Assembly (NCBI GenBank): GCA_963668675.2
Contig: CAXXMB010000002.1
Span: 1,472,001 to 1,536,000 of the forward strand
Length of the DNA: 64,000 bases
Source of the DNA: an uncultured Desulfatitalea sp.
GTDB taxonomy: Bacteria > Desulfobacterota > Desulfobacteria > Desulfobacterales > Desulfosarcinaceae
Direction: 5' to 3'
Position numbers and translations under genes: made by a program. The stretch's first letter is position 1, and every line of letters starts with the position of its first letter. The notes below the pieces were generated by a model. It worked only from the letters and a program-made list of their open reading frames with translations, searched no databases and was not told the DNA's origin. Positions 60,502-64,000 of this stretch are shown piece after piece.

Positions 60502-60602
60502 CAATGAGGTTGTTCCTTAATGAAAAAGAAATGGCGACAGCATGATCAGCGTATCGTTATCTAAACGGCAGGGCATATTGGAAAAATAAGAGGCAATTCA
60601 AA

Positions 60603-60926
60603 ATGGAACCGTCACGATATGAAAAAGGGGTAAAAACGCTTGGAAAATTACCGGTGTTCCAAGTACGAAAGTTGTCTATAACTTGAAGCACACCGTTCCC
60701 GAGTTGGCGGATTGGATCATTGAATTCGCCTATGGGGAAGTTTTATCGAGAGACAAACTGGATTTAAAAACAAGACAGATAGCCACTGTCGCCGCATTGA
60801 CGGCAATGGGGACGGCGCCTCTTCAGCTCAAGGCCCACGTAGGCGGCGCCTTGAATGTGGTGGGGTGCACACAAGAGAAAATTGTCGAAGTGATCGTCCA
60901 AATGGCAGTTTACGCCGGTTTTCCTG
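60603..60926 (+). pseudogene. Carboxymuconolactone decarboxylase family gene, frameshifted and truncated
   Basis: MEPSRYEKG start at 60603 is out of frame with [10 protein letters not shown]...QMAVYAGFP; similarity ends after GFP. Confidence 0.75.
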
Positions 60927-61335
60927 GGCGTATGCAACTTACCTCGAAAGCCATGTCGCTTCGGAGATGCTTTTTGCGCGCTTTCCCCTGCGCATTCAGA
61001 TCGGTATCGGCGCCTTGAGTTACATCCTCGTGACTGCCTGCATCGGGCTTGTCTGCGGAACCTTAAAAATCAAGAGGTTACAGCGTAATGGCTGGTCGCT
61101 TGTTTTAGTTTAAGTCTACACCTGCCAATCTTTTCCGCTTCTGTTTGGTTATCATCGTTTTTTTCTATTCTTGCCATTTTGATTCCGAAAAGTTGAGATC
61201 CTATATAGATCAACTCTGTTAAGGCTAACCACGCTTTTTTTATCCCGATAAGCGATATTGTGGCTTAATAGCTTGACAGGGTGGTGTTGAAATATTTAGA
61301 TATTATTAAAATTCAAACCGTTATCAGGAGAACCA

Positions 61336-61611
61336 ATGAACAAACTCGACCTCATCAAAGCCTTGAAAGAATCTCAAAACCTGACCGGATCCGAAGCCAC
61401 CAAATGTTTCAACATCTTTTTCGATTCTATGACTGAAGCGCTTGCAAATGGTGATCGCGTTGAAATCCGTGGACTCTGCAGCATTCACGTCAAGGAATAT
61501 GAACCGTATGTGGGGCGCAATCCAAAGAGTGGCGAACCTGTTAAGGTGAAACCGAAAAAACTGCCTTTCTTTAAGGCTGGCACAGAGTTGAAGAAACGGG
61601 TGGATCGATAA
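61336..61611 (+). CDS. ihfB: Integration host factor beta / HU-family protein
   Basis: MNKLDLI, RVEIRGL, GRNPKSG, PFFKAG. Confidence 0.85.
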   Translation: MNKLDLIKALKESQNLTGSEATKCFNIFFDSMTEALANGDRVEIRGLCSIHVKEYEPYVGRNPKSGEPVKVKPKKLPFFKAGTELKKRVDR

Positions 61612-61731
61612 TGGAGGTGGGAAAGAGCCTCGCTTGCTCGAAATGTGCTTGAAGGTGCTTATTTTTAAAGAATTATCCTCTACACATCAAGACCCTGAAG
61701 TGAACCGTTGTTGATTCTGGAGGATAGGCAT

Positions 61732-62829
61732 ATGACAGTAAAACCATCCTATGCAGAATTAGAAAAGAGGGTCAAAGAGCTTGAAAAGGAAGTCGAAACC
61801 AAAGAACGTTTCTACAACAACATCCTGAACAGCATTCCGGACATCATATTCGTTAAAGACGACAGTCACCGTTGGATTCTCTTAAACGATGCCTCCTGCG
61901 AAGTTCTTGGTCACGTGAGAGACGAACTGATCGGCAAAACCGATTATGATTTTCATTCGAAAGAGCTGGCCGATGAGTATTGGGAGAAGGATAACGAAGT
62001 TCTCTATTCGGAGAGCATCAACGTAAACGAGGAACTTATTACGGATGCCCGAGGAAACGTCAGAACGATTTTAACCAAAAAGTCGGTGTTCAAAGATAGT
62101 ATCAGCAATAGATTCATCGTCGGCATTGCTCATGACATCACTGAACGAAAACTTGCCGAGCACGCCCTGGCAGATTCCCAGCGCCGTCTGGCCGACATTA
62201 TCGAATTTTTGCCTGATTCAACATGGGTCATCGATACCAAAGGGCGCGTGGTGGCTTGGAACCAGGCCATTGAGAAGGCCACCGGCATCAAAAAGAAAGA
62301 TATCCTCTGAAAGGGCAATTATGCCTATTCAGTCCCATTTTACGGCGAAAGGCGCCCTACCCTCATCGATTTGGCGTTAAAACGAGATGAGAAATATGAG
62401 GAACAGTACATCTCCATCACGGAGATTAACGGGGAGCTGGTGGCCAGCGTTTCTTTCAATCCGTCGTTTGGAAGAAAAGGGACCTACCTTGAAGGCAAAG
62501 CCGCCAAACTATACGATTCAGAGGGAAATGTGGTGGGTGCCATAGAATCGATACGAGATATTACAGCAGTCAAACGAGCTGAAATAGAACGGGAGAGTTT
62601 GATTTCAGAATTGCAGGAAGCCCTTACCAATGTCCAGACGTTGAGTGGCTTGCTGCCAGTCTGTGCCTCTTGCAAAAGAATCCGAGATGACAAGGGATAT
62701 TGGGATCAAATTGAATCCTACATAAAGCGGCATACAGAAGTTCAATTCAGCCATGGAATCTGCCCTGAGTGCGCAGAAAAATTATACGGCGATCAGGAGT
62801 GGTTTAAAAATCGAAAGACACCAGAATAG
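61732..62829 (+). pseudogene. Double-PAS sensor protein interrupted by an in-frame TGA at 62308-62310
   Basis: Frames of 61708..62310 and 62371..62829 are continuous through KDIL*KGNYAYSVPFYGERRP; C-terminal LPVCASCKRIRDD...SHGICPEC. Confidence 0.8.
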
Positions 62830-62922
62830 ATCTGGAATATGAATTCTGCTAATCAATTTAAATTAAACTTTTTCTTGATTTCTCGACACTCTCTGTAACC
62901 GCAATGAAATGAAAAAGGACGA

Positions 62923-63357
62923 GTGAATAAATCCGAACGGTATGATCTTACGATTCGTAAACTCATCGATTTGATTTTGCATATGACCCCGGATGAGCGT
63001 GGTTTGCTGCTTAATGAGGCTGAACGCATCAAAACCAAGGTCCGTGCTACGCGCAGGAACTGCTGTATGCCGGTAGACCTACACTATGGTGAAGAGGTTC
63101 ATGCCGCTACTGTCACTAACCTGAGCTTCACAGGTGCATTTGTGGAATGCTACATTCCAGTAAAAATCGAAGATCCGGTCAAAATCGAATTTAAAAACGT
63201 CAATGGCTCACAGCACCTGATGTTAGGTGCCCGTATTATTCACGCCAACAAATGGGGAATCGGTACTCGATTTAGCACAATACGTTCTTTGCAAGCCCGT
63301 TTTTTGCAAAAATGTCTGGATCAATTCCGGCAATACGATTTTTATACTGCCTCATAA
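62923..63357 (+). CDS. PilZ domain protein
   Basis: RATRR and NLSFTG (RxxxR, D/NxSxxG). Confidence 0.8.
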   Translation: MNKSERYDLTIRKLIDLILHMTPDERGLLLNEAERIKTKVRATRRNCCMPVDLHYGEEVHAATVTNLSFTGAFVECYIPVKIEDPVKIEFKNVNGSQHLMLGARIIHANKWGIGTRFSTIRSLQARFLQKCLDQFRQYDFYTAS

Positions 63358-63410
63358 AAATAATTGAGCAGATCAGCCGCAAAAGAGAAACAAGACAGCG
63401 ATTGACCATT

Positions 63411-64000
63411 TTAAAGATCCGTATATTTTCTTTTTCCAATCAGGCTCAAACATAAATCACGATATATACCTTTATCGAATTTTCCCTCTTTTAGAGTTTC
63501 ATCCTGGATTATTTTCAGCGCACCAAAAGGGTTTTCTTTTTTTCTATGTCGCTTTTCAGTATTGGTTAAACTATCAAAGCAGTCCAGCATACCGATCAAA
63601 CGCGCCTCGAATGTTATATTGGATATTCCTCTCGGGTATCCCTGACCGTCCAATCGCTCATGGTGTTCAAGAACCCCTAATGCAATTGACGGGTCTATGT
63701 TATCATTTACTCTAATTAAATCATGCCCCAATGACGGATGTGAACGAAATTTTACAAATTCAACGTTCGACAGTTTTCTACTTGAACCCGTAATCGCTTT
63801 TGGAATTCTTGTTAATCCTATATCATGAAGCAGCGCGCACAAACTCAGGTTCTTTGTCTCTTTATCGTCAAATCTATTGAAAATACAGTAGTTAAATACA
63901 AGTACCATCACATTTACAGAATGCTCAGCCAGAGTCGTTCCACCGAATTGCAATCCATCGATATCTCGCAATACTTTGGTGGCACCTGAAAATCCATCGT
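63411..64000 (-). CDS. HD-GYP domain protein, 3' part (5' end beyond the window)
   Basis: EHSVNV, LLHDIG, HHERLDGQGYP. Confidence 0.88.
   Translation of the reverse strand, partial: DGFSGATKVLRDIDGLQFGGTTLAEHSVNVMVLVFNYCIFNRFDDKETKNLSLCALLHDIGLTRIPKAITGSSRKLSNVEFVKFRSHPSLGHDLIRVNDNIDPSIALGVLEHHERLDGQGYPRGISNITFEARLIGMLDCFDSLTNTEKRHRKKENPFGALKIIQDETLKEGKFDKGIYRDLCLSLIGKRKYTDL

Noticed and set aside
62308..62310. Selenocysteine read-through of the in-frame TGA
   Set aside because: The position is in a PAS domain where Gly is expected (GGA to TGA) with no redox motif; a nonsense mutation or sequencing error is simpler

Overview
The window looks like a deltaproteobacterial (Desulfobacterales-like) chromosome; this is inferred from gene content. 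Bases 1-8188 are housekeeping genes: glyA (cut by the window edge), rpiB, fabF, acpP, fabG, an acyl-CoA dehydrogenase, rpmF, gltX and tRNA-Gln(CUG). Right after the tRNA 3' end begins a large integrative element whose right end (attR) I could not find in the window. It carries, in order: (i) a tyrosine integrase and an overlapping excisionase; (ii) an AT-rich trio of a DUF3102-like protein, a TGT/DpdA-like transglycosylase and a radical SAM enzyme, a candidate DNA base-modification system; (iii) a satellite-like replication module with two paralogous RHH genes, a primase-SF3 helicase, a symmetric AT-rich origin, a second ATPase and an Ogr/Delta-like Zn finger; (iv) a ~20 kb defence cluster with a DISARM-like helicase/SNF2/N6-MTase trio, an SMC-like ABC ATPase, HigBA and an EVE-like McrBC; (v) an attC cassette array with no IntI, holding HNH and HEPN-like cassettes and a tyrosine recombinase + IS91-type transposase unit that is itself bounded like a cassette; (vi) an ssb/SSAP/exonuclease/UvrD/DUF932 recombination module. 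The last 12.5 kb hold a sigma54 regulator, an acyl-CoA ligase/thiolase/TRAP operon, several pseudogenes, an IHF-like gene and c-di-GMP-related genes. All protein calls come from motif recognition by eye; no database search was run.
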